NCBI RefSeq assembly: GCF_006345805.1
Contig: NC_042998.1
Location: 48,298,001 to 48,362,000 of the forward strand
Source of the DNA: Octopus sinensis
Lineage: Eukaryota
Direction: 5' to 3'
Length of the DNA stretch: 64,000 bases
Position numbers and translations under genes: made by a program
Shown here: positions 1 through 11,625 of the stretch, piece by piece
Numbering within the stretch: the stretch's first letter is position 1
Layout of the letters: every line of letters starts with the position of its first letter
The notes under the pieces: generated by a model
Databases searched by the model: none
What the model was told of the DNA's origin: nothing
Seen by the model: the letters and a program-made list of their open reading frames with translations, nothing else

Positions 1-89
1 GTTCTAATAGTATGTATGAGCTGTAGTGTATAATAGCAATATAAATCATTATTATTAATACAATTATTATTATTATTATTATTATCATT

Positions 90-390
90 CAGTAGTTTTA
101 TTTTTATAGCGTGCTTTCACTTCACTACCGAGCACAGCTCTGTGTGCCTTGGGTATGTGCTGTGATTTGTTGTGATGCTCTGATGGTTATTGTATGGAAA
201 GTGTTCTGCGTAGGATGTGTTATTATTATTATTATTATTATTATATTATTATTATTATCATTCAGTAGTTTTATTTTTATAGCGTGCTTTCACTTCACTA
301 CCGAGCACAGCTCTGTGTGCCTTGGGTATGTGCTGTGATTTGTTGTGATGCTCTGATGGTTATTGTATGGAAAGTGTTCTGCGTAGGATG

Positions 391-393
<3 letters not shown>
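90..393 (-). mobile_element. Two tandem ~130-bp 3'-end fragments of R4/Dong family A (90-220, 263-393)
   Basis: Match the 3' end of the RT-bearing element at 41680. Flanked by (ATT)n. Confidence 0.9.
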
Positions 394-444
<51 letters not shown>

Positions 445-454
445 TTTTATTATT

Positions 455-815
455 AAGGTGGCGAGCTGGCAGAAACGTTAGCACGCCGGGCGAGTTCTGA
501 GTTCAAATTCCGCCGAGGTCGACTTCGCCCTTCATCCTTTCAGGGTCGATTAAATAAGTACCAGTTACGCACTGGGGTCGATATAATCGACTTAATCCGT
601 TTGTCTGTCCTTGTTTGTCCTCTCTGTGTGTAGCCCCTTGTGGGCAGTAAAGAAATAGGTACTTCGTCTGCGCTACGTTCTGAATTAAAATTCCGCCGAA
701 GTCGACTTTGCCTTTTATCCTTTCGGAGTCAATAAAATATGTACCAGTTACGCGCTGCGGTCGATGTAATCGACTAGTCCTCTACCCCCAATTCCCAGGG
801 TTTGTACCTATATTG
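455..815 (+). mobile_element. tRNA-derived SINE family S1, full copy (455-657) plus adjacent partial copy
   Basis: Head aaggtggcgagctggcagaa...gagttcaaattcc with Pol III A/B-like boxes. About 20 related copies occur in the window. Confidence 0.85.
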
Positions 816-1036
816 AAAAGGATTATTATTATTAAGGCGGCCAGCAGGCCGAATCGTTGGCACACCGGACAATGTGCTTAGCTGCATTTTGCTTGCCTTT
901 ATGTTCTGAGTTCAAAGTCCGAAGAAAATAAACCAACGGGTCCAGGAATCGAAACCACAATCTTACGATCTTGTGTACATCTCCCTTAACCACCAAGCCA
1001 CGCGCCTCTACAGAAATACACGCACACACATGTATG

Positions 1037-1072
<36 letters not shown>

Positions 1073-1140
1073 GGTCCCGGGTTGATCGGGGTTAACCACA
1101 GTAAGTAAGGTACTCAATACATAGCAGAGTAATTAATTTA

Positions 1141-1258
1141 TTATATAGAAGGAGCTTCTACAGGCTAGACTGTTTCATTCAGAGAAATCTTCAGGAAGCT
1201 TCCTGAAGATTTCTCTTGAATGAAACAGTACTAGTCCTGTAGAAGTCCTTCTATATAA
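1141..1258. ncRNA. Palindrome encoding a type I hammerhead-ribozyme motif on each strand
   Basis: Axis at 1198/1199. Plus strand: CTTC-CTGAAGA-stem II-GAAA-CAG-loop-CTG-TA^GAAG. The mirror image lies on the minus strand. Confidence 0.7.
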
Positions 1259-1265
1259 TAAATAT

Positions 1266-1360
<95 letters not shown>

Positions 1361-1413
1361 TATGAAAGAATGGAGCTGAACGACGGCTGCATATTCCTAA
1401 TTGCGAAGGAATA

Positions 1414-1496
<83 letters not shown>

Positions 1497-1804
1497 ATAT
1501 GTATGTAAAGCTTACATACAACGTATGTACGTATGTATGTATGTATGTATGTATGCATGCACGAATGTATGTATGTATGTACTGGTGAGCAAAGAGAGAA
1601 GATACTTTTGAAATATAATCGCTTTTAAATTAATACAGTTTTGGAATTTCTAAAGATGGAGGTTTTCCGAGGACAGTTTTTAAACATTTTTTAGTAGTTT
1701 TTCTTATTATCTCTTGTTTTGTATCTTTAATCCCATTGAAGTACAAAATCGCTACAGGCAGTATTTTTGTATGAGTGGCTGATTTTATAAGAATCAGCAA
1801 ATAT

Positions 1805-2020
1805 TCTTTTCTACTCTTGGCACAAGGCCCGAAATTTTTGGGGAGAGAGCTAGTCGATTAAATCGCACTCCAGTATCCAACTGGTACTTAATTTATGGAC
1901 CCCGAAAGGATGAAAGGCAAAGTCGACCTCGGCGGAATTCGAACTCAGAACGTAAAGACAGACGAAATACTGCTAAGTATTTTGCCCGGCGTGCTAACGT
2001 TTCTGCCAGCTCATCGCCTT
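1805..2020 (-). mobile_element. SINE S1
   Basis: Reverse complement of the S1 head and body. Confidence 0.85.
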
Positions 2021-2644
2021 AAGAATCAACACATATTAATAAATAACTTACGCCTTCTTCGATTTAAATGTCCGTCGATGGCATTAAGTATGTTAATATA
2101 TTCATTGTAGCTGATTTGTTTGACTTTCGGTCGATTCCTTAATATAGAGACTGCCAATGACAGTAGGAGTATCTGAAAAAATAGACATCAAAGGCATTGA
2201 ACGTACTACATCAAAAACTACACTCACACTTACATACACAAATGCATTTATGGAGGACTGGATCTTTGTGAGAAGCTGCTTCAAAGTTAGATTCATTTCA
2301 ATTTGTAAAAAGACGGGGGCTTAGAATCACAAAAAGTGGGTTTCAACAGATGGAAGAACATCCCTTCCCACAATAAGAACAGAAGGATTTCTGAGGTTTC
2401 TTACCACGAAAATAAAGTAGGATATCTGATAGTCTTTAATAGAACCTTAGCAGATTTTGAACAGAAAACATTGTATTAAGTATTAATAGTATAGTCTGCA
2501 ATCACATCCATTAGCAAGTCAGCGTGGCTATTTAAATGTACCAATCTAATTCCTCGTTAAGCGAACGTAAATGGTAACTTTAATGCTTTTCACTCTTTAA
2601 TGTAGAGCTGAGGAAATTACGATAACTTTTAGTAACAGTGGTTA

Positions 2645-2716
2645 ATTACATGTATGTATGTATGTATGTATGTATGTATGTATGTATGTATGTATGTATG
2701 TATGTATGTATGTATG

Positions 2717-2781
<65 letters not shown>

Positions 2782-2899
2782 GTCTATCTGCCTCTCTCTC
2801 TCTCTTCTGTGAGTGAATGTTATCACATTCTTTTGCTACACAGACAGACAGATAGATAGATAGATAGACAGACAGATAGATAGATAGATAGATAGATAT

Positions 2900-2973
<74 letters not shown>

Positions 2974-2990
2974 GAATAGATAGATAGATA
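2645..2990. repeat. Compound (TATG)n/(TATC)n then (GATA)n microsatellite
   Basis: Direct inspection. Confidence 0.95.
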
Positions 2991-3549
2991 GGACGGCTCA
3001 GCTTACGCTACACACAATTCCATAGCATGTCTATTTAATAATGAATAGCATTATATAATATTACACACCACCACACTATTTCACTTGGCAATATTGAAAG
3101 TTTTACTGATAAAGTTGATCATAATTTCATTATTACGTAACTACATCATTCTACTGGTAAAGATCAATCTCTTTGGTTCTTGCCAGTAAATATTACCTGC
3201 TGAAATGGTATGATTACATAAAAATGTTATATTATGTAATATTGTGTAACATTATGCATTATTGAGCAAATAATCATGCTAAGGAAACATGCGTAGCATA
3301 AACTGAGCTGTTCATTCATATTCCTTCAATATACACTGCGTAAAAAGACCTCGGTTATTATTAGATAAGTGGATTTAGAATATGCTTAATGTCATTTTAC
3401 TACGGTTAACATCGCACTGCCTGCTACACTAACCTGATCGGTTGATAATAGTATTAATATTTTCTTTTTGGGTACTCTGTAAGCCAAATATACCTTGGAG
3501 TGCTGTCAAGTTAAATGCCTGGATCACTTAGATCATTACTACTTGATAC

Positions 3550-3586
<37 letters not shown>

Positions 3587-3714
3587 TAAAAAAAATGGAG
3601 TTAACGCAGGTGTAATCAAATAGTTGCCCTGGTAACTATTTATTTATTTTTTCCGTGTTGCCCTGGTAACTATTTTTTTTCTGTGTTAATTGTTAACAAG
3701 GTAAAAATACACTC

Positions 3715-3758
<44 letters not shown>

Positions 3759-4234
3759 AAGTGGAATAATCGAAATATGCTAGAATTACAAATAAGAAGT
3801 TTGCAGTCTTGCAGAGATGGTGGAAAGTATAAGGGAAACGGGAGGTCGTGTTAGAAAGGGACAGGAAGAGGAGTAGCAAGCATTTAAAGAACCAGCCCAT
3901 TGATTCCAATAAAATAGAATTACATTTCATACAGTTCACTGAAGTATTGCTAGAACTGACAAATAATTTTTTTGTGAATGTTGTTTAGTTGATTAAGTTG
4001 GTATATTATCAAAATAAATTCCAAGTATTGGATATTTTTAAGTATTGATTATTTAGAATATCGATTCAAACGTTTCAAGGGTCTTAGATATTAAATTATG
4101 GTACTAGTTTAGCCAAGCTGTAAGATTAGAATATTTACATCCAGTTCATGAACAGTTTCAGATATTCAGCATGTTCTAAAATAATAGAGAACTTGGTAAA
4201 GAACGAGATAAAAATTCGATAATTGCGACACACA

Positions 4235-4274
<40 letters not shown>

Positions 4275-4323
4275 GCTGCTACTACTACTACTACTACTAC
4301 TACTAACTACTACTACTACTACT

Positions 4324-4370
<47 letters not shown>

Positions 4371-4397
4371 TATAATAATAATAATAATAATAATAAT

Positions 4398-4627
4398 TTA
4401 TTTCTTTACTACCCACAAGGGGCTAAACATAGAGGGGACAAACAAGGACAGACAAAATGGATTAAGTCGATTACATCAACCCCAGTGCGAAACTAGTACT
4501 TTATTTATCGACCCCGAAAGGATGAAAGGCAAAGTCGATCTTGGCGGAATTTGAACTGAGAACGTAACGACAGACGAAATACCGGTAAGCATTTCCCGCG
4601 CGTGCTAACGTTCCTGCCAGCTCGCCG
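4398..4627 (-). mobile_element. SINE S1
   Basis: Reverse complement of S1, flanked by (AAT)n. Confidence 0.85.
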
Positions 4628-4647
4628 ATAATAATAATAATAATAAT

Positions 4648-5145
4648 ACCAGGTAGTGGCTCTCATGGCTTTTTATCTTAAGTGATTGGAAATGTTATCA
4701 TGTACACTGTTTCGTCTTTGTATAAAAGATGGGCTACAGCAAATATTCTGCTCAATATCACAGATTTGCTTGTCAGTTATTTGATCTTAATCAGTTGAGC
4801 ATGGCCCTTAGTGGCTGATGATATGTGCACCTTTGATCACGAGCGGAAGTAGTGGGGAAGCATCATAGCCATGTGTTTGAGAGGAATTCTTTGGGGGATA
4901 TTTCACCCTTGGAAACATGGATGTTTTATTCACCATCTTTAAAACAACCCTTATTCAGGGAGCTTTTGACCGGGTGGGCCACTCGACCTGAAGAAAACCA
5001 TAACTGGTCCCCATTTGCAAGGTCATGCGTTGTTTATCTTGATATAAGATCACCATGTCGCGCACATATAGTTGTGATGGGTATACTGGGTTTCGTATAT
5101 TTATACCCCAGTGTCACTTTGATGACATGCACTGCTCACTCACTC

Positions 5146-5206
<61 letters not shown>

Positions 5207-5646
5207 GCCCTGATTCAGTACCAGACAGTGGCTCTCATGGCTTCTGATCTTAACTGATTGGAAGTGTTATCATGTACATTGTTTTGTCTTGGTATAAAAG
5301 ATGGGCTACAGCAAATATTCTGCTCAATACCACAGATTTGTTTGTCAGTTGTTTGACCATAACCAGTTGAGCATGTCCCTTAGTGGCTGACGATATGTGC
5401 ATCTCTGATCACGAGCAGAAGTAGTGGGGGAGCATCATAGCCGTGTGTTGAAAGGAATTCTTGAAGGTTTGGATAAGTCACCTTGAAATTACCATGTCGC
5501 GCACATATGGTTGTGATGCATGTGCCTAGTGTACCCTTATCAGACGTGTAGTCATGATGGGTATACTGGGCTTAGTATATTTTACCCCAGTGTCACTTTA
5601 ATGGCATGCACTGCTCTCTCATTCAATAATAATAATAATAATAATA

Positions 5647-5677
<31 letters not shown>

Positions 5678-5979
5678 GTAATACCACCTCAATAATTCAC
5701 CTCTGGAAACATGGGTGGTTCTTTCAACATCCTTAAACAACCCTTATTCAGGGACCTTTTGAGCGGGATGGGCTACTCAACCTGAAGAAAATTCTAACTG
5801 GGCCCCAACTGCAAGGTCATGTGCTGTTTATCTTGATATGAGATCACCATGTCGCGCACATATGGTTGTGATGCATGTGCCTGGTACACCCATATCAGAC
5901 GGGTAGTCATGATGGGTATATTGGGCTTCGTATATTTTACCCCAGTGTCACTTTGATGGCATGCACTGCTCTCTCACTC
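4648..5979 (+). mobile_element. Three tandem copies of the ~555-bp non-coding AAT-flanked retroposon (4648-5145, 5205-5624, 5690-5979)
   Basis: Homologous to the full copy at 37958-38511. Each ends in ctctcactc followed by (AAT)n. Confidence 0.85.
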
Positions 5980-5998
5980 AATAATAATAATAATAATA

Positions 5999-6490
5999 AA
6001 CTGAACATGAACCTAGTAAAGTACTAGAAAGTAAGCCATATAAACGAACATGAACCTAGTAACGTACTCGAAAGTACAAAATATAAAATGTTGTGGGACT
6101 TTAACATTCAGACTGGCAGAGTAATAGAAGCTGGAAGGCCTGATTTAGTAGTAGTAGATAAAGAGAGTAGAAAGTGTCAGATAAATTGATTTAACGGTAC
6201 CAAATGATGAAAAAAAAAATCAATATGAGAGGTATAGAAAAAATAGCAAGGTACCAGGACCCAGCCATGAAATTACTGAGACTATGGAAAGTACGGGTAA
6301 ATGTATTCCAGTAGTTATAGGTGTATTAGGAACTATCCCTAAAGATTTGAACAGATGGATAGATAAAGTAGGCATAAAACCCAATTTAGTACAGCTCCAG
6401 AAAACAGTGTTATTAGGGACAGCCAGGACACTTAGGACGATTCTTGGCATCTAAGGTTACATGTAGGCCGATGTTAGGAATTTTTCTTTT
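5999..6490 (+). mobile_element. Degenerate 3' end of an R4/Dong-type non-LTR element (family E), restriction-like endonuclease region
   Basis: Frameshifted translation gives MLWDFNIQT...RPDLVVVDK...IPVVIGVLG...LQKTVLLGTARTLR. Starts directly after (AAT)n. Confidence 0.8.
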
Positions 6491-6574
6491 CCAACAGTCT
6501 AATAATTTGTTGCGAATATGAATAATAATATCAAATAAATAAATAAATGAATGAATAAAATCTTTTAAACGTAC

Positions 6575-7304
6575 CTTTCCTGGATCTATAAGAACAAAAG
6601 ACTCTAGGTTTGACATAGCAAACGAAGTAAGCCAATACTCTGATTTAGTACTTCCCCATTCTAAGCTGTACAAAATTACGAAGAAACCGGAAGTAAATAT
6701 GACTAATGTTGCCCAAATCCAACCGACGTACACACACCAAAATGGTAAGAACTTATCACGTGAATAGTTTGCTTTTTTTTGCACAAAGGTGGTATTATCA
6801 CCATCATCACCACCGTCATCATCATCATCATCATCATCATCTATATTTTCTTCATCTTCTTTGGGTTTCTTCTTACAACAACAGCAAGTTCCGTCCGGCT
6901 TCGAATCTTTAAAGCATGCCACTAAGAATAATGTAGACGGCACTGTGATCGCAATGCTTTGGATAGAAACAGCTATTTGGCGAAGATTTAAACGAATTGG
7001 ACCAATTGTAAGATCGTTCTCTGCTTTGAGTCTATTGTCAAAAGGAGAAAACATGGCATTAGTTATCATTGTAAGATAGAGGACTGTTGCACAGCAAACG
7101 ATTCTTTGAGTGCGGCTGAATGTGGAATAGCACGGGTGCACGTAAGTAGAGAACCACAGGTGTCCATCGCTCAACGAGTGCTGAATATGGTCTACAAATC
7201 GGCTTTTAAAAATGGGATGATCATTTGATCTGTTGCAGGAGATATTGTAGATGGTCGAAGCATAACTGTCTGTTGCAAGCCAACCTTCACACCTGAAAAC
7301 AAAT
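6575..7304 (-). CDS. PKD1-like exon, PLAT end plus several TM helices (730 nt; FVFRCEGWLA...DGHLWFS...FSRTQRIVCC...LIDPGK)
   Basis: ttctacag acceptor and gtacgt donor. Phase 2 to 0. H-L-W-x-S and FSR-x-QR motifs, and WG/WL...ES-x-x-x-x-P-x-K, are PKD1L hallmarks. The next exon was not found in the window. Confidence 0.95.
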
Positions 7305-7419
7305 CTGTAGAAGAAAGCTGATTAGAAACAGAATTAAAAGGTGATATACAGAGTAATTCAAAATGAATGGGTACAATGCTGTCTATTTGGTTGTTGCCCC
7401 AGTGAGAAGAAGAGGTGTC

Positions 7420-7780
7420 TAACTTTATGCAGTAAAAGAGTGTCCCCACCCTATGGGCATAGGCAAGTACGAGATTACCTCAACCAGCATCTTCTAGAAC
7501 TCACTGGATTGTCTGTGCTGAGGTGAATGATTTGCCATTGATGGTCTGCTCACCCTTCCCAGGTCCACCGACCTGACACCTTGCGACATTTTCATTTAGG
7601 GGTATCAGAAGGACAAGGTCTTCATATCCTCGTTTCCACAGGACTTACAGGAGTTAAAGCAGCGGATAGGCGAAGCGGTCGACTCAGTTGATCCAGCCAT
7701 GCCAGCACTGGTGTGGCAAGAACTAGACTATCGTCTAGGTACACGGCAAAAGGTGCGCACATTGAACATATTTGACTGCC
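7420..7780 (+). pseudogene. Tc1/mariner-superfamily transposase C-terminal remnant
   Basis: Frameshifted PRSTDLTPCD...KDKVF...LQELKQRI...VWQELDYRL...GAHIEH, resembling the WPPRSPDLTPCD motif. Confidence 0.75.
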
Positions 7781-7855
7781 AGTAAAAGCTTAAAGAGCTA
7801 ACTTTTCATGTTACATCTGTATTTTCCCAATATATTCATAACAATGTTCACGTTT

Positions 7856-8033
7856 GGAGGCGTAGGATTGGCTGTGTGGTAAGTAGCTTACTTACCAGCC
7901 ACATGGTTCTGGGTTCAGTCCCACTGCGTGGCACCTTGGGCAAGTGTCATCTACTATAGCCTCGAGCCGACCAAAGCCTTGTGAGTGGAATTTGGTAGAC
8001 GGAAACTGAAAGAAAGCCGTCGTATATATGTAG

Positions 8034-8091
<58 letters not shown>

Positions 8092-8133
8092 ATATATATA
8101 TGTATATATATATATGTATATATATGTAATATA

Positions 8134-8189
<56 letters not shown>

Positions 8190-8404
8190 TGTGTGTGTAT
8201 ATGCTTGTGTGCCTGTGTTTGTCCCCCAACATTGCTTAGCAACTGATGCTGGTGTGTATACGTCCCCGTAACTTAGCAGTTCGGCAAAAAAGAAACCGAT
8301 AGAATAAGTAGTAGGCTTACAAAGAATAAGTCCTGGGGTCGATTTGCTCGACTAAAGGTGGTGCTCCAGCATGGCCACAGTCAAATGACTGAAACAAGTA
8401 AAGG
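7856..8404 (+). mobile_element. CORE-type tRNA-derived SINE family S2 with internal (TA)n
   Basis: ggctgtgtggtaag...gggttcagtcccactgcgtggcaccttgggcaagtg head, gaaacaagtaaa tail. Confidence 0.85.
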
Positions 8405-8959
8405 AGAGAGAGAGAGAGAGAGAGTAAAAAGAGAGAGTATATGCTTAACTTTTACGTGTATGCTTACTTTTAGTACCTTTCATTTTGAATTAGTCTGTAG
8501 TTTAGCAGCTGCTAATTTATACTTACCTACATATAGATACGTACACATTTAGTTATCTGCTTGCATAATATATAAGGTTTGCTTCATTCTGTCACGAGAC
8601 AAAGGTCTCAAGAGATATCTGTAAATCATGGATTATGTTGATATACGTTTGTACGACACGTAAACCTTTCTTTCAGCATCCATAATTAAATATCCAATGG
8701 CAAGCTAAAGCATGATAAACAGATGCTATTTCAACGGCCGTTTTTAAATGAGAAAGGCTTCTCGAAGGAAATCTCCAATAAAAAGATACATACGAGTAAT
8801 AAGGGTTTCTCATTTTGGAGTCTTTCTTCCAATAGTTTTACCGCACACACACATACACACACTCACACGTTCCATACTTAGATATACCTATACGTACACA
8901 TTTATGCATACATACATACATACATACATACATACATACATACATACATACATACATAC

Positions 8960-9005
<46 letters not shown>

Positions 9006-9303
9006 TATATTATATAATATAGAGGGCATTACTATACATAAATGCCACACGCTAGGAGGGACTCTTAAAGTCAAAACTACTAAAATAAGAGTCGCTCCTA
9101 GAGTGTGGCATTTATATGTAGTAATGCCCTGTATATAATATAAATAAATATATTTAAGTGAAAAAAATTGTTGAATTTTTTTCTCTTGTGAGGTTTTTCA
9201 CGCTGACTACTTGATAAATTCTTATAAAGATTTTATCCTATTTTTAAATTGTATATATATATAATATAACCAAGCACACTCACAAACATATTATTCATAC
9301 AAT

Positions 9304-9334
<31 letters not shown>

Positions 9335-9654
9335 TATTATATATATTATATATATATATAATTTAATTCAGGCTTTCACCTCAGTAGCACTTCAAGCGAA
9401 TATCTAACTGAGTGCTCAAAAACGTGTACCAACAGTATACCTTATTAATCGAGAATCATTAACTAATTAATTAATAATAATTATGCATTCAACAAATACA
9501 AAGAATGTATAACAACAAATTATAATGCATTTATGCATGTATGTATATATGTTTGTATGCATGCATGCATGTATGCGTACATGTGTGTATATATGTGGGG
9601 GTTGTAATGTACTAAGTTCAATTTTTCATTTTAGTGTCAAAAAGATGAACTCAC

Positions 9655-9815
9655 ATTTTCTCCGTTTTAGTATCCATAATTTCCACTTTATTTAAATACC
9701 ACGAAGAATCGAGTCCATATCCTGAACAATCTGACCATATTCTTAAATATATGAGATCACCCAAACTATCGGATGTGCTCATTAAGAACTTCCTCAGCGA
9801 TCCTGTTGGGAAACC
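9655..9815 (-). CDS. PKD1-like exon, PLAT C-half (161 nt; GFPTGSLRKF...LGDLIYLRIWSD...SWYLNKVEI)
   Basis: ttttcaag acceptor and gtgagt donor. Phase 0 to 2. LG-x-L-x-x-x-RIW-x-D...W-x-L-x-x-V PLAT motif. Confidence 0.95.
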
Positions 9816-9909
9816 CTTGAAAAATAACAAAAAAAAAAGAAAAACGTTATATCGCTGTTTCTGTTTTCGCGTATTGTCGTATCTTTGTTTGTGGCCTTTA
9901 TTGTTGTTT

Positions 9910-10346
9910 GGAATCTTTTCGGTTTGAACGGCAGTTTTTCTAGCGGTGTCATATGAAATTGTCACCCATAATTATGACCCTAGTATCGATCTATTGCATT
10001 TCAATCTGTTTTAGGGTTAGGGTAAGTTAGGGTTAGTTAGGGTTAGGGGTGGGGGAAAGATATCTTTTTTTTCTTCACAAATGTAAATAAACCCAATCTG
10101 TTTATTAAACGAGGGACATATTCATACGGTACAGAATGTTTTCACCCCAATAGACGTCACTGAATGGTTGAAATTGCAGAAATTGAAGAAAAAACAACAA
10201 CAAATATCTTACAAACTATAGAACTATAGAATAAAGCCAAGAGAAAAAGGTGTTTTATAAACACATTCTACCAGTATACGAAATTTAAAAGTGTTTAGTT
10301 ACGTGGAAATTATTTTAAAAAACTGCCGTTCAAACAGAAAAGATCC
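9910..10346. mobile_element. MITE with ~30-bp TIRs and internal TTAGGG repeats
   Basis: GGAATCTTTTCGGTTTGAACGGCAGTTTTT and AAAAACTGCCGTTCAAACAGAAAAGATCC termini. GTTT on both flanks. Confidence 0.75.
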
Positions 10347-10605
10347 GTTTTTTGTATTTTAGTGGAACTCTAGAGTCTTTAAAGATTCGCTCTTAACGTT
10401 TCCAGTTCAGTTTCCACCTAGGTTAACTTTTACTTACTTCCGACTGTATAATATAACAGCAGGAGTTCCTTAAATCAAACTTCATCCTAGCAACAATTGC
10501 AGCCTTATGTCTCCACTTTGTCTTTCATCCTTCAGGAGTCGATAAAATAAAATACCAGACAGGCGCTAGCATAGGTTTAGTCAACCAACACCTATCTCTG
10601 AAATT

Positions 10606-11024
10606 CTTCTTCTTCTTCTTCTTCTTCTTCTTCTTCTCTTCTTCTCTTCTTCTTCTCCTCCTCCTCCTCCTCTTCCTCCTCCTTCTTCTTCTCCTCTTCC
10701 TCCTTCTCTTACTTCTCCTTCTCCTCTTCCTCCTTCTCCTCCTCCTTCTTCTTATTCTCTTCCTCCTTCTCTTACTTCTCCTCCTCCTTCTTCTTCTCCT
10801 CTTCCTCCTTCTCTTACTTCTCCTTCTCCTCTTCCTCCTTCTCCTCCTCCTTCTTCTTATTCTCTTTCCTCTTCTTCTCCTCCTCCTCCTCCTCCTTTTT
10901 CTTCTTCTCCTCCTCCTTCTCCCCTCCCCCCCTTCCCCTCCCCCTCCTCCTCCCCTCCTCCTCCTCCTTCTTCTTCTTCTTCTTCTTCTTCTTCTTCTTC
11001 TTCTTCTTCTTCTTCTTCTTCTTC
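10606..11024. repeat. ~420-bp pure polypyrimidine (CTT/CTC)n tract
   Basis: Direct inspection. Confidence 0.95.
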
Positions 11025-11284
11025 AGTTTGACTCAGGTTCGGTCTTATTCCTGGTAGGATCTATGTGAGTAGTGGGTTACTACCTGTAACTTTAGATATC
11101 TACTAACTTACAATAATCTATCAAGTGCTTAGACTCCTGTTCCTAAGAGGCAAACTTTCTGTAGAAGCTCTACAAGACATTCTATTCCATTGTCCATCAA
11201 CCATTTGTTTATATCTTTGCTTATAGTTCTCAATGCACCAATTATTATAGGCACCTTTACAATTTTCATACTCCAAATTCTTGC

Positions 11285-11334
11285 ATTATTATTATTATTA
11301 TTATTAATTATTATTATTATATCATTGTCATTAA

Positions 11335-11397
<63 letters not shown>

Positions 11398-11473
11398 CAT
11401 TATCATTGTTATTATTATTATTATTATTATATTATCATTGTTGTTATTATCATTATTATTATTATTATTATTG

Positions 11474-11529
<56 letters not shown>

Positions 11530-11625
11530 GTTGTTGTTATTATTATCAACATCATCATCACCATCATTATCACTGTCATCATCATTATTGATGATGTTGT
11601 TGTTGTGATCGTTGCTGTCGTCGTT
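11285..11625. repeat. (ATT)n/(ATC)n/(GTT)n microsatellite
   Basis: Direct inspection. Confidence 0.95.

Noticed and set aside
1630-1810. Open minus-strand frame (ILPVAILYFNGIK...) as the next PKD1-like exon
   Set aside because: No credible phase-0 acceptor with a pyrimidine tract. The frame runs upstream into a SINE and ends in a stop with no donor.
4648-5979. Repeat-spacer-like alternation as a CRISPR array
   Set aside because: Eukaryotic context. The repeats are microsatellites and the spacers are homologous TE copies.
10013-10048. TTAGGG repeats as a telomere or fusion site
   Set aside because: Only a few degenerate units, enclosed by MITE TIRs.
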